A stretch of 64,000 nucleotides of DNA from Raillietiella orientalis (GCA_036172245.1 JAYWIR010000002.1:5146001-5210000); one strand, 5' to 3'. Counted from the stretch's first letter, positions 33,130 to 46,913 are shown. The notes: generated by a model not told the origin, from the sequence alone. A program made the numbers and translations.

Positions 33130-33880
33130 ACGATGCTTGCTATAATGTGTGTTCACCGTTTGGGAAGCTGCTAATCTTTGATCACAGATGTCTGGTCAAC
33201 AAAGATTTCCATAAGTTCTCACGTTTATTTTGCGTTGAAATCTATCGTGTCCAAACATTTCTGCATCTGTTTTTCGTATCTCTTGACTTTAGTTGGCTTA
33301 TATTCATGATGACCGATGTATAAATTCAGGTTGGAATTAATGTTTGTGGTTAATACCTTGTTCACTTATGAATACTGTTACATGACAAGCAGTTGGGTCG
33401 AGTGATCATAAGTGAACATCACCGTGGTGCGAGCGGTGAGCTGATAATAAGTACCGTTTCAAGAAAGTTATTTTGAGCCTAGGAAATGTCCAATTGTGTG
33501 GGAATGAAATTATCATACGATCATGAATGTGGTGATTCAGCCAACGTCGAAATTTAATACATCCTGTTTTTCGAGGGTGGCCAAAATCACTCGTGAACTT
33601 TGCGTCGAACTCTTCAATGGTAAGAACTGATTTCTGAACGGAGTTTTCTGTTTAAAAATGGCAGTCATTGCATCATGAGGTAACGATCCATCATTTGGAA
33701 TGCAGGCTTTTCAATCTCAGTAGGCACACAATTCTAACAGGATTCTTGATCATGATGTTGGTTCTACAATCTCCAGCAAAGCTGTCGTCTGACTTTAAGT
33801 ATTTCTTGGAGCTGCGGACTGATAAGGAAGTCAGCATAATGTTTAAACATGATCCTCTCCAGGTGAGTCCCAATGATTTA
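33130..33880 (-). mobile_element. Possible highly decayed LINE endonuclease fragment
   Basis: Frame-broken minus-strand peptides VLTIEEFDAKVH (GDFNA-like), IPTQLDIS and YDHSTQL (SDH-like) occur in APE order. Weak. Confidence 0.25.
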
Positions 33881-35457
33881 ATTTACTTGCTAATCGGAAA
33901 AGCAAATTTCACTTTGTAATGAAGATCGATTTAATTTAATTATGGCAGGTGAATTACGCAGTGAATTAAAACGCAGATGGCATGTCTAAACCAGGTTTTC
34001 AAGTTTTATTGCTGCCACTCACGAACACTGTGCTTACTTTTTTGCCTCCAACTTATGTGAAGAGCTGAAATAAATTTGTATTTACGCACTTTTGCTGCGT
34101 ATTTTAATCAAAAATTCATGTAGAAGTTGTATGTAAAAGCAGATTTATAATATCCCCCTATAAATCATTATATAGCTTTCAAGTTTGTTATTTTACTTCC
34201 AAGAAAAAACTCTGTTTAATGCACATCTAGCGGATGAAATTAAAATCAACCAAAGTAAACAAACGACTGAAGGTTGAAGGATGGGATACTGAAATCAGTA
34301 GCAGTTGAACTTGGACATGCTCGAAACTTTCACTGCCGACGAGGTCACTTATGACTGCAAATGGACTGGAGAGCACATGTCAGTCCATTAGCTCCCTGAT
34401 TATGGTTTCATTATCCATAGGAATTTCAAGAACTTTCTTGCGAATCAGAAGATGCATCAAGCGTTTAGTCATTAAAAAAAATGGAAGAAAGAAAGAAAAG
34501 ACGGCTGCCAGGGTCCCGTAGCTGAGGGGACGATGGGGGGTCCTGCAAATGTTTCGTTTTTAAAAACAGATCGGTCTTCGTTGACCTCATGGCTGCGAAG
34601 ACAACGAAGGGGAAACACAGGTCGCCATAGGGCGAAGACGGAGGAACAGCTGCGTCGGTGTCGACATTACCCTCGATTTTCAAGACAGAATGTGAAAAGC
34701 ATTGAACATGTCGAGAAGGTGCTGATTTGTTTTAGTTATACCGACGTTGGACCACGCAAAAATGACAGTCTGGTTTTGACTGTAGCAGAAGGTGCTATTT
34801 TGCGAAGTAAATATGTGGTAATGTGTGGTTTACTCTTCGTATTGCAAACTGTTGAAACAGCACAGTTGCTTTCGAAGAATCTTTCGAAGAAAATACCGAA
34901 ACGCAGAACCACTGAGACTGTTTTTCAAACGGGATGTTTTTCTCCGTTCTCCAAAAGGACACAATTTCCACACGTGTTGATTCAATAAAATGGACGCTGC
35001 GAGGCACAGTCTTCTTCAAACAGGCGTACTTGAAGGGTTTAACACGAAGAGAAACCAAAACGTCTTGGCTGTACATAATTTGTCAATGCTCATCGCTGCT
35101 CATAGTGCAGGCATGATGAATGATTTCTCCAGCCCTGAACATTCTGTGCAACGAAATGGTGTTCCCTTCTTTCACAAATTTTCGTCGTGCTGATAGTTCT
35201 CGACAACCAACAACGATGGTGGAACATCGAAATATAGTATGCGAAGCAAATGTCTTGTTATGCTGAAGCAGTCAATGGTCGAAGTTCTGATGAATTCAAG
35301 TGAAACGGATTTTCATTATCCCTGAGATTCCATAGCCAATCCGTAGAGACGAAAAATCAGAATGTAAAATAATGGAGCGGACGTACGTTCCTGTTGATTT
35401 CCGGCATCAAATCCAAATTGTGTGCCCTCGCCGGCACGTGGGCACACGGAAATGCAC

Positions 35458-35469
35458 TGCGCATGCGCA
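35458..35469. promoter_or_regulatory. Perfect NRF-1/Erect-wing-type palindrome TGCGCATGCGCA, with an E-box CACGTG nearby
   Basis: Exact consensus match; CACGTG at 35435-35440. No target gene identified. Confidence 0.4.
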
Positions 35470-35546
35470 ACAGAATGTATCAATTCTCATTTTGTGAAAA
35501 TTGCAGCCATTGCTCGTATGTTTGAACAGGCTCGAGTTTACTGATG

Positions 35547-38500
35547 TTTTTTTTTTTTTTTTTTTTTTTTTTTCGTTTTTCTTTCCTTCCTCTCTGATTA
35601 GATACTATGAAGTTCCCTGGGAGGTTAATTGAGATCGTGGCCTGAATTCCTTTTTTGTTGCACGCTGCCCCAACTTCCTGTTATGCCAACCTAGACTGCT
35701 TTTACTAGGTCAAGCTAGATCCCAGCCACTGAACGCTTCCATAAAACCTATGCACGCAGGTGCAAAGGTTCTCGATAAAGCATTTTGAGGAACGTAACTC
35801 AAGTTGCATCCCTGGCAGATTATCTGATCTGAGTTAGTTTTCGGAATTGTCAGTGAAACGGGAGATGGCCTGCAGATATGATAAAGTCAATAAATTGTGA
35901 AATTCATATGGGAATGTAATCCGCTGATGCTTGTGTAAGCATGCAAGTGCTTTTGATGGGTAACCGGGCGACGGGAATACTCGAGTGAATCTCGAATGAC
36001 TCTCTCTCGAATGATTTGGCAAACAGTTGCTGAGTAATCGTCGACTTTCGTCAGGATGCTCTCTAGAAGTGGGGATCTGGTTCGACAAGAATTTCCTTTT
36101 CCCTGATGGGGCACACTTCGGGGCGGCTCGAGTGCTTTCTAATTTTTCTGCCTATCTTCTACAAGCAGCTCTGTTTCCTTTCCCCTCGACATGATCACAA
36201 ATTCATTGGAGACTCGGAGCAGCCATTTTCGTTTTTCGTGTGGGTTAAAAAAGTGTTTGGAATTGCCAGTGACTTGTTGACCGTAGGAGCAAGTGTCTTT
36301 ACGGTCCTTTTCTTGCGTTCGTCTTCGCGACGGTCGTGCCATACCGTGATGGTGTTCGTTCTCTTGTGCTCTTCTGGATGATATACTAGATCTGTTAGGT
36401 TCCAGATTTTCGTCGATATTCTCAGTCAGGTTCGTGTGAAAATTCAGAGGAAAAGCTTGGAAAAAGTTTCCTCACTGAACCGAAGATGGAATTTTAAAAT
36501 TCAGTGCAATGCGTGTGTGTGTGTTTTTTCCAAACCAAAAGTACCCAAAGCGCTCGGGAAAGCATGAAGCATACGATGAAACTACTCGTTGTTCCAGCAG
36601 AGTATAATTTTGTGATCTGGATGTTAACTAAGAAAAAGACAACGCGAAAAAAGGAGCAAACAGGAAGACTTCCACAGTCTGAAACAGCAGCGCACAACAG
36701 AGGTACATTGCCAAATAACGCTTCAGCTTCAGATACTCGGAAATCCACCGAAATGTGTAAACATTAAGGGGATCCTTGAAACCATCAAGGCAGATCGAGC
36801 TGATGGAAAGTGGAAGCAAAGCTTGAAAATCTTCCAGGTTCAGTTTAGCTGCTGCACGGTACCGGGAAAGACAATACAACAGCAGTGGCAGCGTCAAAGA
36901 AATCCTCCAAGAAAGAAAGTCTGGAGCACAAATTCCAGCTGAGTCCCAGCTGATAAATCCAAGTGTGCCTAGAAGCTGTGGTGGAGTTCTTCCAAAGTAA
37001 CACGAGTCGGCATATGCAGCAGCATGAAACGGACTCTATAATTGGAAACGGAGTCCGAGCGGAGTCTAAAATTTTTGAAGGAACCCCGCGATGGTTTTAC
37101 AAATGAGGGTGTCAACCTTAAGAATAGGTGGGCTGGGAAAAACGCACTTGTTCGTTATTCCTGATCTGTAATGGAACAGGGAAAGTAGGCGAAGAAAATT
37201 GCTTGGAACGTGTGGAGGGACCGCCTACGGGCAGAGGTGAATGCTTGCACGGGCTCGATGTTGTCCAGCAGTTGAGTACCGTCCGGATCATCGACAAGCC
37301 TCAACAGAGTCCCTTGAAATTCCCTTCGGTTCCAGCACGTCTGACATAGTGAAAAATTACAAAGCGGCAGCGATTGGCAATAGGAGAACTGGCCAGACGG
37401 ACGTTGGTTCGCAAAGCGTGATCTTTGGAGACGGAGAGGGTGGCGCGAGAGGGAAGATGGATGACAAGGAGAAGGAAGATGAAGAGGAAACCTCAAGGAA
37501 CCTCTTACTGTAGCTTTCCTTTAGGCATCGAGATTGAAACCACAACGAGGGTGAATAACAGAAGAATTTTACTGATCGTCATATCAGGAAACACCTAAGA
37601 CTTCTTCTAAGGAGTGTCCATGAAAAACAACAACTCATACGCGGAGTCACATTGCATCATCCCAGGAAGGAGGACAATTTTTTTGTAGCTAAACCCATAT
37701 GACCCGCACCACGAGCTCACAGACACAAATACTAAAAAGACACAGAGACTAAGGGATCAGAGGATCAGAGGATAACCGGAAAGAATGCTCGACACCCGTG
37801 GTCCGCGTGATCCTAACTCTTGCACGAGAGAACTCCTTAGTACAAGAGACACTAGGCTGATCGTAGCAAACGGATAGGCTTTCGCTATGCGGGGCAAATG
37901 TTTCGCGGGTGTTCTTTTGCGCCCTGAGGACAAAGATGAAGAGATGCGAGGTTTCTGGTGACCGGTGTCTTTTTGGATATACGTCAAGTTCTCGCTTGCA
38001 AACCTTAGGTTGATGTCCTTCCTTCCACTAACTCCACTAGCTCAGGGAAGGGAGATCTCCGTTGTTCCGCTTCTTAGCATTGAGTCCTCTCGAGATCGGG
38101 TGCTCTTTCCGTGAACGAATGTCTTTCTGTGGCTCAAGGAGCAAATTCGAAGCTTCCTTACACCGAAGGCACCGACTTCATGTGACCTTTTTTTTTTTTC
38201 CTTCCAGAGTATCGTTTCAACTCCCAGATCCCCTCAAATGTTTCATCGGAAAAAAACTTGTTTCTGAAAGATTGTTGCTGCAATCTGCGCAGCATCTTTG
38301 ATTTCGTTTCGTCTGCGCTGGATCTTTTGTGAACAGAGGGATAGCACTTGGTTTCTTCTAAACGAAAGAGACTGTTACCGTTACTGGTGAGACTGAGTAT
38401 CGCAGAATCCACCTCATCTCTTTCCTTCCACGATTGTTCAGTCTCGAATTTTTCAATCTTGCAGGAAGAAAAAATACAATACAATAAAATAAATTCGAGT

Positions 38501-39300
38501 CACTCTAGGTGTACCTGGACAGCGTCGAATGTTTTCCTGTCTTTTCGTTGCCATTCTTTTGACCTCGATGATGCTCTTTAATCTTATATGAAAGATGTGG
38601 TATTTAGAATCCAAAATCTGTTAGCAGATAGCATGTTTTACTGTTCATCATTTTTTATCATTATTCTATCTCAGGGCTTGATTTTCTTTTCTTTCTATTT
38701 TTGGTTCTTCAAGAGGTGTTGATAACCCCGTCTTCAAGTTGCCCTGATGGCGACATAAATACGTTCAACGTACTGTTCGTCAGTTGTTGTCGATGGATGC
38801 TTTATAGTACCGGATTCCTCAAAGATTTCATTTCAAGATCCATGTTTCTGGTCATGTGTCGACGAGTGTAGCCACTTGAGATCGACATTCTCCAGGCTCT
38901 CATGCTTGAGTACCTGTCCGCGAGCCCATAGTGAATGGTGATTCAGTGAGTGGATGCCAATGCCAATTATAGGCTTTTATACGACGTGGAGCTCCTCCAT
39001 AGTAAATATGGTATCGCGAATCGTGCTAGATCCAAAGGTCTCCTCTACTCCAATTTGAACTATGAAAGAGCCACAGTCGAATCGACCTTGATTTTTTATC
39101 TTGATCTTTTCCACTTGTCAGACGAGAGAGTTTGTTTTAAAAGTCTCCTCCTCTTCACACCTCCCGTCTTCCTCGAAGTAAGCCAAGTTCAATCCTATCT
39201 TCATGTAGGCACAGTACGGGAGTAGGGACATAAAGCGCCTTCAGTAGAGATGAACCTTCCCAAAAGGGAATTCCGATGAGGCTACTTTCCCCTGGATAAA
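35547..39300 (-). mobile_element. Old, degenerate non-LTR retrotransposon (APE + RT) with poly(A) tail
   Basis: 27-nt T run at 35547-35573. Minus-strand remnants in ORF2 order: VLCLHED (~39200-39220), IIGIGIHSLNHHSLW (GDFNAHH-W-like, ~38925-38970), RT G..KCVFPSPPIL (~37120-37160), AAAYADS (YADD-like, ~37003-37023). ORF1-like sequence may extend to ~40600. Confidence 0.6.
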
Positions 39301-41949
39301 TCTCACTCCCATATAATTGGTTGCCTGGAACTGAGGAAATCTTTCAGCACCGAGAAACTGCACAAAAACGTGGTCGGGTCAAACGTGGTAGTACCTGAGA
39401 ATGGGATCCTTGTTTCTCGCTTTCTTCCTGTACAATACACGGAAATGCTCTTATTCTTGGAGCTCCCGTTCTCATTTCAATCCATTCCTCGGCTTTCCTT
39501 TGGCTTTCGGAGTGCGCAGAGTGCTTCCGAGTTCTTCGTGCGGCCGTGAGCGATGAAGCCCTGTTGTTTTTTCCTCGTGCTGCACTCGTCTGTCTCATCC
39601 GATTTAAGAATCGTGGTCACTTCTTTCGCCACAATTCTTGAATGCAGGATTTCTACCGAATTCCAGTGATACAACGGCTATCGGTAAGCTGAAAGTTGCG
39701 CCTTGATCTGTGCGACATGTTTGTTCGCTAAATGAGCGGAGATGTGAACTGGTTTTTCCAAAAGTCATATTTCACGATTCATGTGTTGGATTTTATGAAC
39801 AAATGAGAATACTCGATTTATCCATTGCTCCTTTGTTTAGGCGTCTCCTTAGTGAGCAGCATCGTCCAATCCTCACCTTTGGATCTTCAGTACGAACGTC
39901 TTCAGCGTGTACGGGGGGTATATTTTTAGTAGGATCGTGGTGCATGTGTTTTTTTCGTAAGCTTGCTCTTTGCTTTAGACTGCACCTTGAAGGTCAGTAA
40001 AAAAAATCTGGAATCCATCTCGCTTACCGATAAGTCCTCAATAAAATAAATGGGAATACCAGCATTTCATATAGACGCTCCAAACGAGTCACCTTTTGAA
40101 GGTGTAACTTATTTTAAGCACGCTGCAACTGCTGCTGTCTTCTGTCTTCGTCATTAGCAACCTGAAAAACTCCCATTACCTTTCAACCAAGTAACACATA
40201 CGCCCAAAATTCTCCTCACACGTTGCAGCGTTGTGAGGGAGGGAGAAGGATCTTTGCGTTTCCAGAAGGTTTTGCTTGACGGCAGTGCACCTCTCACGTT
40301 CCACACTATAAAGTGTCACAGGGATTCGGTTACTTACCAGGGTTGCTCTCCCGTCTGCTCCAGATTTCCATGTGAAGCTTGGCTTTCCATTGGCTTCACA
40401 TTTACGTATGAACATTGTATTCACAATCGACAGATATTTTTCTCGAAGACTGGTGTTACCTGGCGCTTTCAGGTAAGTGTCGTGTCGTATCACACGTCGG
40501 ATGGCACTCTGGGGAACGAACACGTGCACTGCTTCGTCCATTTCGTAGTTGTTAGCTAGAAGTTCAACTGAGGAACCGTGACGGTAATCAATGTCTTTGT
40601 CTTCAGCTTTGACCTTTGTAGGGAAGAACCGTGTTGATTCACTTGCCGAAGAAGAGGTGTTCCAGAGGTTTTGGACTCGGGAAAGATGGAAGATGCCGTC
40701 GAAAACTCAACCTAGAAGAAAAATAGATATTCAGCTGGATTGGAATGTTTCTTAAGACTTTCAAGGTATATGTAAGTGTTAGGTGTAAGTAGGAAAAACG
40801 TACTCACCCCTAGTCGTTCCATTGAACTTGCACAGAAGGATACGACTGGAAACCAAACGTCACTTCAGAGGTCTACTTGCTGAGTCATGAGTTGTGCCTT
40901 TGAGTTCGTCAGTTTGCTGAAGGGTAGAATGATTTATTATCCAGCTGGATCTCGAATACATCTTCGGTAGTCGATCCGTTTTCGCATTCACATATTCTGT
41001 TACTTGTCCATGAAACCTCCTCCACCCATGCAACGCTCGCAGCTAGCTTTATCGGTCCAAACACATTCCGATGTCTGGGGAAGCTGACTTGACACATAAA
41101 CTGAAGTAAATGAGCTTCACTGCTTAGTTTTCAGGAGCCTTCTGCCTAATTTCTGCTCCTTCATCAAAATCCACGTTTAGCGATGTCCGTGAGTGCAGTT
41201 AAACTTCTGCTCTTCATTGGAACTCACGGAATTCTTACGACAAGTCAACTCTTAACATTGGGAAAGCCCATATCGAAATTCGGTTTCATCTCTAGACATG
41301 CAATGACGCTCCATTGAAAGGAAGTCAGGTTTTTTTTTTTTTTACTGCTAGTAGTTCTGCTTTCCTCGTATTTTTAAAGTTGCAGAATTTTTACTTAAAT
41401 GGTGTGTCATTTCGTTGAGCACGACATTCCAAGCAAAACAAATTTGGGAAAGAAATATGGCCCGTAAGATAGAAGCGCTTTCTTGTTTGTAGAGATCGAA
41501 AATCGCTGCTTTCCATTTTGTCAGAATCGGTTGCTTCTTTCTGTCTGTTTGTCTTTGCTTTTTGATCCAAGTCGCTGAATGTTTGCGCGCCGTCCTCAGA
41601 GTTCGAGTTTTGTGCCATCATTTCAGGTTGTCATCATTTGAATTCTACCTGAACAATCATTTGAAATCGACCCGAACGATTTCAAATAATCGTTTACGTC
41701 GATTAATCTAGAGTCCATTCAAATAGCTCCATTGCTTTCCTCGACAATTTTTTGCAAAAGGTCCATCACCTTGACTGGGGAGGGAGAGAGGGGAGAGCGG
41801 AGGACTCCAAAACAAAATCTTAGATTGATTTGCAATTCACAAGAACAGACAGGGAAACAGGAGAATGATCAGCACGACAAACTCAGAGTAGTAACCCGAA
41901 TAAACGTCTGAAAGTACATTAGCATTTTTGGAGTACATATTAGCATCAC

Positions 41950-43100
41950 CAGGGAATTGCTTTCACTTTTAGTTTTGTAAAGACTCTGTGGTAGGTAACT
42001 TTTCTCCCAGAACAGTAGACGGAAGCAGGAGAAGGAGCACCCATCTCTCGTGTTCCCGAGGATATCTCTGTAGAAATGCAGTGCTTAATCTGATTCATCG
42101 GGCATTTCTCTACTTGAAATTCGCTCCAGAGCCTGCCTGCTACAGACGGGGTCTGGTGCGCTAGAGTTCCCCGTTTCGTGCTCCTGAAGTACACAGTTTC
42201 CTTTGTGTGTATAAAGAAACGAGTTGCACATTACCTATTTCAATTATGGGGATCCAAGCAGAGGATGTTCCTGCGGTCGTAATGGTCATGCACACACCAC
42301 TAAGTAATGCTTGGTTTATAGTATGGCTGAATTTTCGTCCCTGTACCCTTCTCCTGGTATGCGACTGCAGCCATACCATTCTTTTCTCTTCCAAGCTGGC
42401 AAGGCATCGTGCGACTCACAAACGTGATGCTCACTCTGGAAAAGCTTTTAAAAAAAGCTCTGTAAGCTTTCCCGTGTTTTCAGCAACGTCCATCCCCCCC
42501 CCATTCGGGGGGGGGGTGGACGTTGCTGACCAAATTGCATTGCAGCCCTGCCGCACGAGTCCTTTCTTTCGTGAGATTACATTGCCCATGAGGGTTGGGA
42601 CACGCATGAACTCATTGACCAAGTTTGCAACGAGCTCATTGCAGCAACGAGATTCAATCGGTTCAAAACCTGCAGTGTTACCAAGTGATTTTCGAAATCT
42701 CCGATTGTTGATTCATAATAAATCGCCAGTCGGAAAATACACTGGAGATTTGACTCCAAGGCCGCTTCATCTTCGACAGGAGATCATATGTGTTCCTATG
42801 GCAGGGTTCACGGGTGTTGGGTATATACAGATCGATTACAGTGCACACTGATATGCATACACTGCTTAAAACAGTTGAGCGTGTACTGACAGCTTTTACC
42901 TAGCTGCTTATGTCGTGAGGGCTCAGTTGCGGCTCATGAGCAGGGCTTTCCATGGAATCCGCCATTTCCTTGCCGTTCCCTTTTTCATTTTTGACTTCTC
43001 TTTTCTTGGAAAGTAGCGATTCTTCTGCATGCAAAGACTTCCGGGTGTAGCGGAGTTGTGGATGCAGCTTTAGCAGCTGCTTAGGCTAGGCAGCTCACGG
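41950..43100 (-). mobile_element. Ty3/Gypsy-like LTR retrotransposon pol relic (RT-RNase H)
   Basis: Minus-strand LAIYYESTIGDFENHLVTLQVLNRL (matches the YLDD...F.EH...L..VL.RL region), then LMGNVISRKKG and RKFSHTI-like RNase H remnants. Frameshifted; no LTRs found. Confidence 0.5.
42480..42529. repeat. 23-bp stem hairpin with C9/G10 core and 4-nt loop
   Basis: TCAGCAACGTCCA-T-C9-ATTC-G10-TGGACGTTGCTGA. Confidence 0.92.
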
Positions 43101-43899
43101 CGTGAAGGGAGTTGAGTGGAGAGGAACCTGGAATGACCGAAAGGTCCGCAAGTCCACAGTGGATGCAGCTCCTGACTCGGTAGCGCTCGTTATGAATTCG
43201 ATACAGCGGAAGAAGGTTTTTTGGGAGAAGTGGACGGCTAGATCAGCAGAGCGATGTCCATCTTTCCGTGAGCAGCCTTCTGATGCTGCGAGGCAACGAG
43301 GTTTTGCGCTACCCTTCTTTCCTTTTGCCCCCCCTCGCAGATTGGCTCTTTCATCTGTCGGGCTCATTTCATCACTAACCAGCGATCCGGAGTGTGGCTG
43401 GTCCGACCCGTGGCGCGGCACGCAAGGGAATCTGGAGACTGTGCAGAAGGCTTCTCAGAGGCTATCGAGAAAATGGAGGGTGAAACTATGCTGACAAAAA
43501 ATCGGGACCTATCCCTCTTCCTGCTCTCTCCCACAGACTATCCGGGATCGCAAACAGACACGGTGGGAAGGGAGCTTTGGTCGGTAGGTCTGTCCGCCGT
43601 CCGTCAGTTTGGCGGGATCGAAAGAAGAGGGAGAGATTGGGGGGTGGAAAGGCGTCCTTGGGAATGGTCATACCCACGTAGGCTCCCCGCTTGTCTCAGC
43701 AGAGGGAGCCATTCCTAGCAGCATTCTACCTACGAACTTGCAAACCCTTGATAAAGTTGGCAAACACTAATGGCTGTCATTCAGGACTTCTTAAGTATAT
43801 CCTGCGAACACGGCTATGAGGGCTCCAGACACCTGATAATTACTGGGAACTCTCTCCATCCGAAAGAACGTTACCGAAGTCACTGATTTCCAGGGTGTT

Positions 43900-45040
43900 C
43901 TCATCCTTCATGGTCTAGGAGTCCACGAGAAACCCCTCCTCAGAAGTTGAGGCAGCAGCTCCAAGATATGCTTCACCATCCGGTGAGTTACGAAGGCTGC
44001 AGTAACCACGGAGACAGAGACAGAATCTATAAAAACAATTCTAAGAGAGTGAGGAACCCGTGGGATTGCTATTATCAACACCACAGCTCTTGCCGCTCTT
44101 ACAGCAGATAAAAATAATGATACAAGCTTCTAATTTTATTTCAAAGCTAATGACTTTCCTGCTCTACTAATCATAAGTATAGTATTACTCGGAATAAATA
44201 AATGTTGTTATACTACTATCATCCAGCTAAAAATCGTAAAAACATGAAAGCTAATGCTAGCACAACAGCTAGACCTGCTCTTGTTCTTATTAATGATAGT
44301 GAAAAGTACGGTGATCGGAGAAGAGTGGAAGGTGCAACAGCAATTATAATGAGGATGCCCATAACCAAAGGAACACCATTGGGAAGGAGAGTTTCTTTGC
44401 TCAGGATGGTGAAATTCACACCTGCTTATCTCCAAGCAAGTTACATACACAGCGAATTCATACATAACTCGATTTCAGAAGAAGGTGGTAGGAACCGTGC
44501 TGCTCTTCTGTGCCCAACAGAAATCTATCCCCCCTGAATTCCAGGGTGCTTCTCGTGGTTACTGTTACAGCTGCGATTAGCGAGTGACTTATCTTCTGGG
44601 CGGCAGAATTTACAAGAAGAGCTCTAAGGAAATCCGAAACATTTATCAGTAAAGGCGTTGGTGGAAGAAGCGAGATGGCCACAGAAAATAGAGGCGACGT
44701 GGATGGACTGATATTGCTTTTCTTCTGTAAAGTTTGGAGGAGAGAGCTGGATAAAATAGGTTCTATTGATTTCAATAGAGTTCCAATTTGTTCAAATGAT
44801 TGAATTCGTGGAATCAGGAGTCAGTTTGGATAAATGGTGCGGAAGAGTTATTCAAGATGAGTCGCTGCTTGGTGGTGGATCCCAGTGCAGGTGATGTGGA
44901 TTTGAGTATTGTGAGGGAGGAAAGTAGACGGATGGATAGAGATGAATGGAAGAAATTATAGCTGAATCCTACTACTGGGATCAATGCAAATTCTGATAGA
45001 GTCCTCCAAATTCTTTCGATTATCAGGAAGAAGTACATTT
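43900..45040 (-). pseudogene. Decayed leucine-rich-repeat, multi-pass membrane receptor-like pseudogene
   Basis: Minus strand QRLILNNSSAPFIQTDS*FHEFNHLNKLELY*NQ / LKSIEP fits LxxLxLxxNxIxxI repeats. It is followed by several hydrophobic stretches (LVMGILIIIAVAP, AGLAVVLALAFMFL). Many stops. Confidence 0.45.
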
Positions 45041-46913
45041 TTTTAGGAATGTAAGATGGAATGCTGTATGCCCAGGCACAACTTTACATCTGTTGGATAA
45101 GTTACACCTTTGGAACAAAAGAAACTTTCAGTTGGAATCTTTTCAAAGCATGTAATAATAAAAAAAATCAAGCCTCATTTTTCCTTGATTCAAATTCCGG
45201 AGGTAAAACTGGTTTATCGCTTAGGGATTCTTTGTGTTCATAGAGTTTTAACACTGCTCTCGTTTTTATCTCCATGACTCACAGCTTATATTCTTATCTC
45301 ACTGTTTTAGGGTTTTTTCTTTCTAATGCTGAAACGGTTTTGATGTTCCCATTTGCTGTGTATTAACCGGTTCTCACTTTTCATTTTACACTAAGGATTA
45401 AAATGCAGTTACACAACTGAAGAAAGCTTTCTCATTGGAGAAGGAGGTGGGAAACTTACACCTCGTTCTCACTGTCCCCGAGATTTTATTGTGATCTTAT
45501 GAAAAGGAAACTGCCTAATTCATTTGGATGCAAATCGGTGGTGAAAAACCAAAACATCAGTCCTAAAACAGATCGATATGGAAACACACAAATTCAGAAT
45601 GTAAATAAACGAAAGCAGCACTAAAACATCATTCGATCGAATGCTTCAGATGGGTTTATCCTACCTATTCTCAAGGATGTAAAAATTTCCATTCGAGCAA
45701 ATAAACAAGTTGAAAGGTCCCAAGATTCGAAATTTTCATTTTCAAGCTGTAGTTGAAGAAGGTACCATTTCGAGGGTACCGCTCATCGGAAGATTCTCGT
45801 TCCGTTGAAGTATTGTATTCTTACTTGGCATTGCAGAAGCATTCCCAGCAACTCTCTTTGTACATCCGGGCGTTGCTGGAAGTCTAAAGCGTGGGGGCAA
45901 CTGAGCAACCTGGAAGAATGCCCTATAAGAGATTCGGTAATTTCCAACTGAATCTATGACCATCCTATCTGCATTCGTGAAAAAGTGTTCTATAAATCGA
46001 AAACAGGAAGCTTGCTCTTCTAATGTATTTCGCAGCAAGAACCTTTCCACGTCCAGTTGCTCCAGCAACAGTTCAAAGGTTCCACTGCTGCTCGCTCGTG
46101 GATTTCTGGTGGCATCGCCCGTGCCCTCTTCGCATCCGCGTTGCCATGGCTTCTTGCAAACGTCTTCATCCAGGCAGCTTTCCAAACAGCTCCTCGCTGG
46201 AACTGCTTCATTTGCTTTCTCCGTTATTTCTGATTTTCAGAGAAGTGCAGTAGAAGAAACCAAACCGCGCGAGCAGTTTTTTTTTTGTTTTGCTTTTTTG
46301 GCAAAATCTGTGGTTATTCATTCAGTTCTGCGAAGTTGCGAGGGACGTACGGAACGCAGGCAGTACTACGTCGTAGCAATTGGGCTGCTGTGTTTATTTC
46401 CAGTAGTTTTTTTTTTTTTTTTCTTTCCATAACGTGTTGAAGTGTAGTCGTGTCCTTAAGTAAGCATCGTTGTACATCGTACCGGGTCCGTGACAGCCAA
46501 GACGGCAGGATATCCGTACGCTTTTTGCACGTGAGTCGTTGCAGAAAGTGGCAAATCTGTTACACGGATTGTGAATTCTTCTGCACGAGATGTGTGTGTG
46601 TGTTGAAACTGAGGGTTGTTGAAGATTGACGAGATGTCCTTACCGTTTTGGGAACCTAGGAAACGTTGTATTGACGACACGTATCATTTTAGAAAGCAAT
46701 AGTAGCGTTTTAGTTGTGAAATTCTTGATTATTTCCGAAATGAAGCGGAAAATGCAGGCATACTAATGGAAACCATACATTTATCTAAATCATGTAGTGC
46801 GAAAAACTCTGAGTATAGTGAAACAGCCACTCTTTATCCATATTGTTTGGTGGCAAATTTTAATATATGTGTGACAGAACAGTAATCGCAAGGCCCCTGA
46901 TTTCAGTGGAACA

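Noticed and set aside
35288..35325. Hammerhead-like CTGATGA...GAAA core
   Set aside because: Stem II is only about 2 weak pairs and there is no properly placed NUH cleavage triplet or stem I.
46740..46877. Further upstream MARCH5 exon (MKRKMQ) using a GC donor at 46758
   Set aside because: In frame, but the donor GCATAC is a poor consensus match; not claimed without transcripts.
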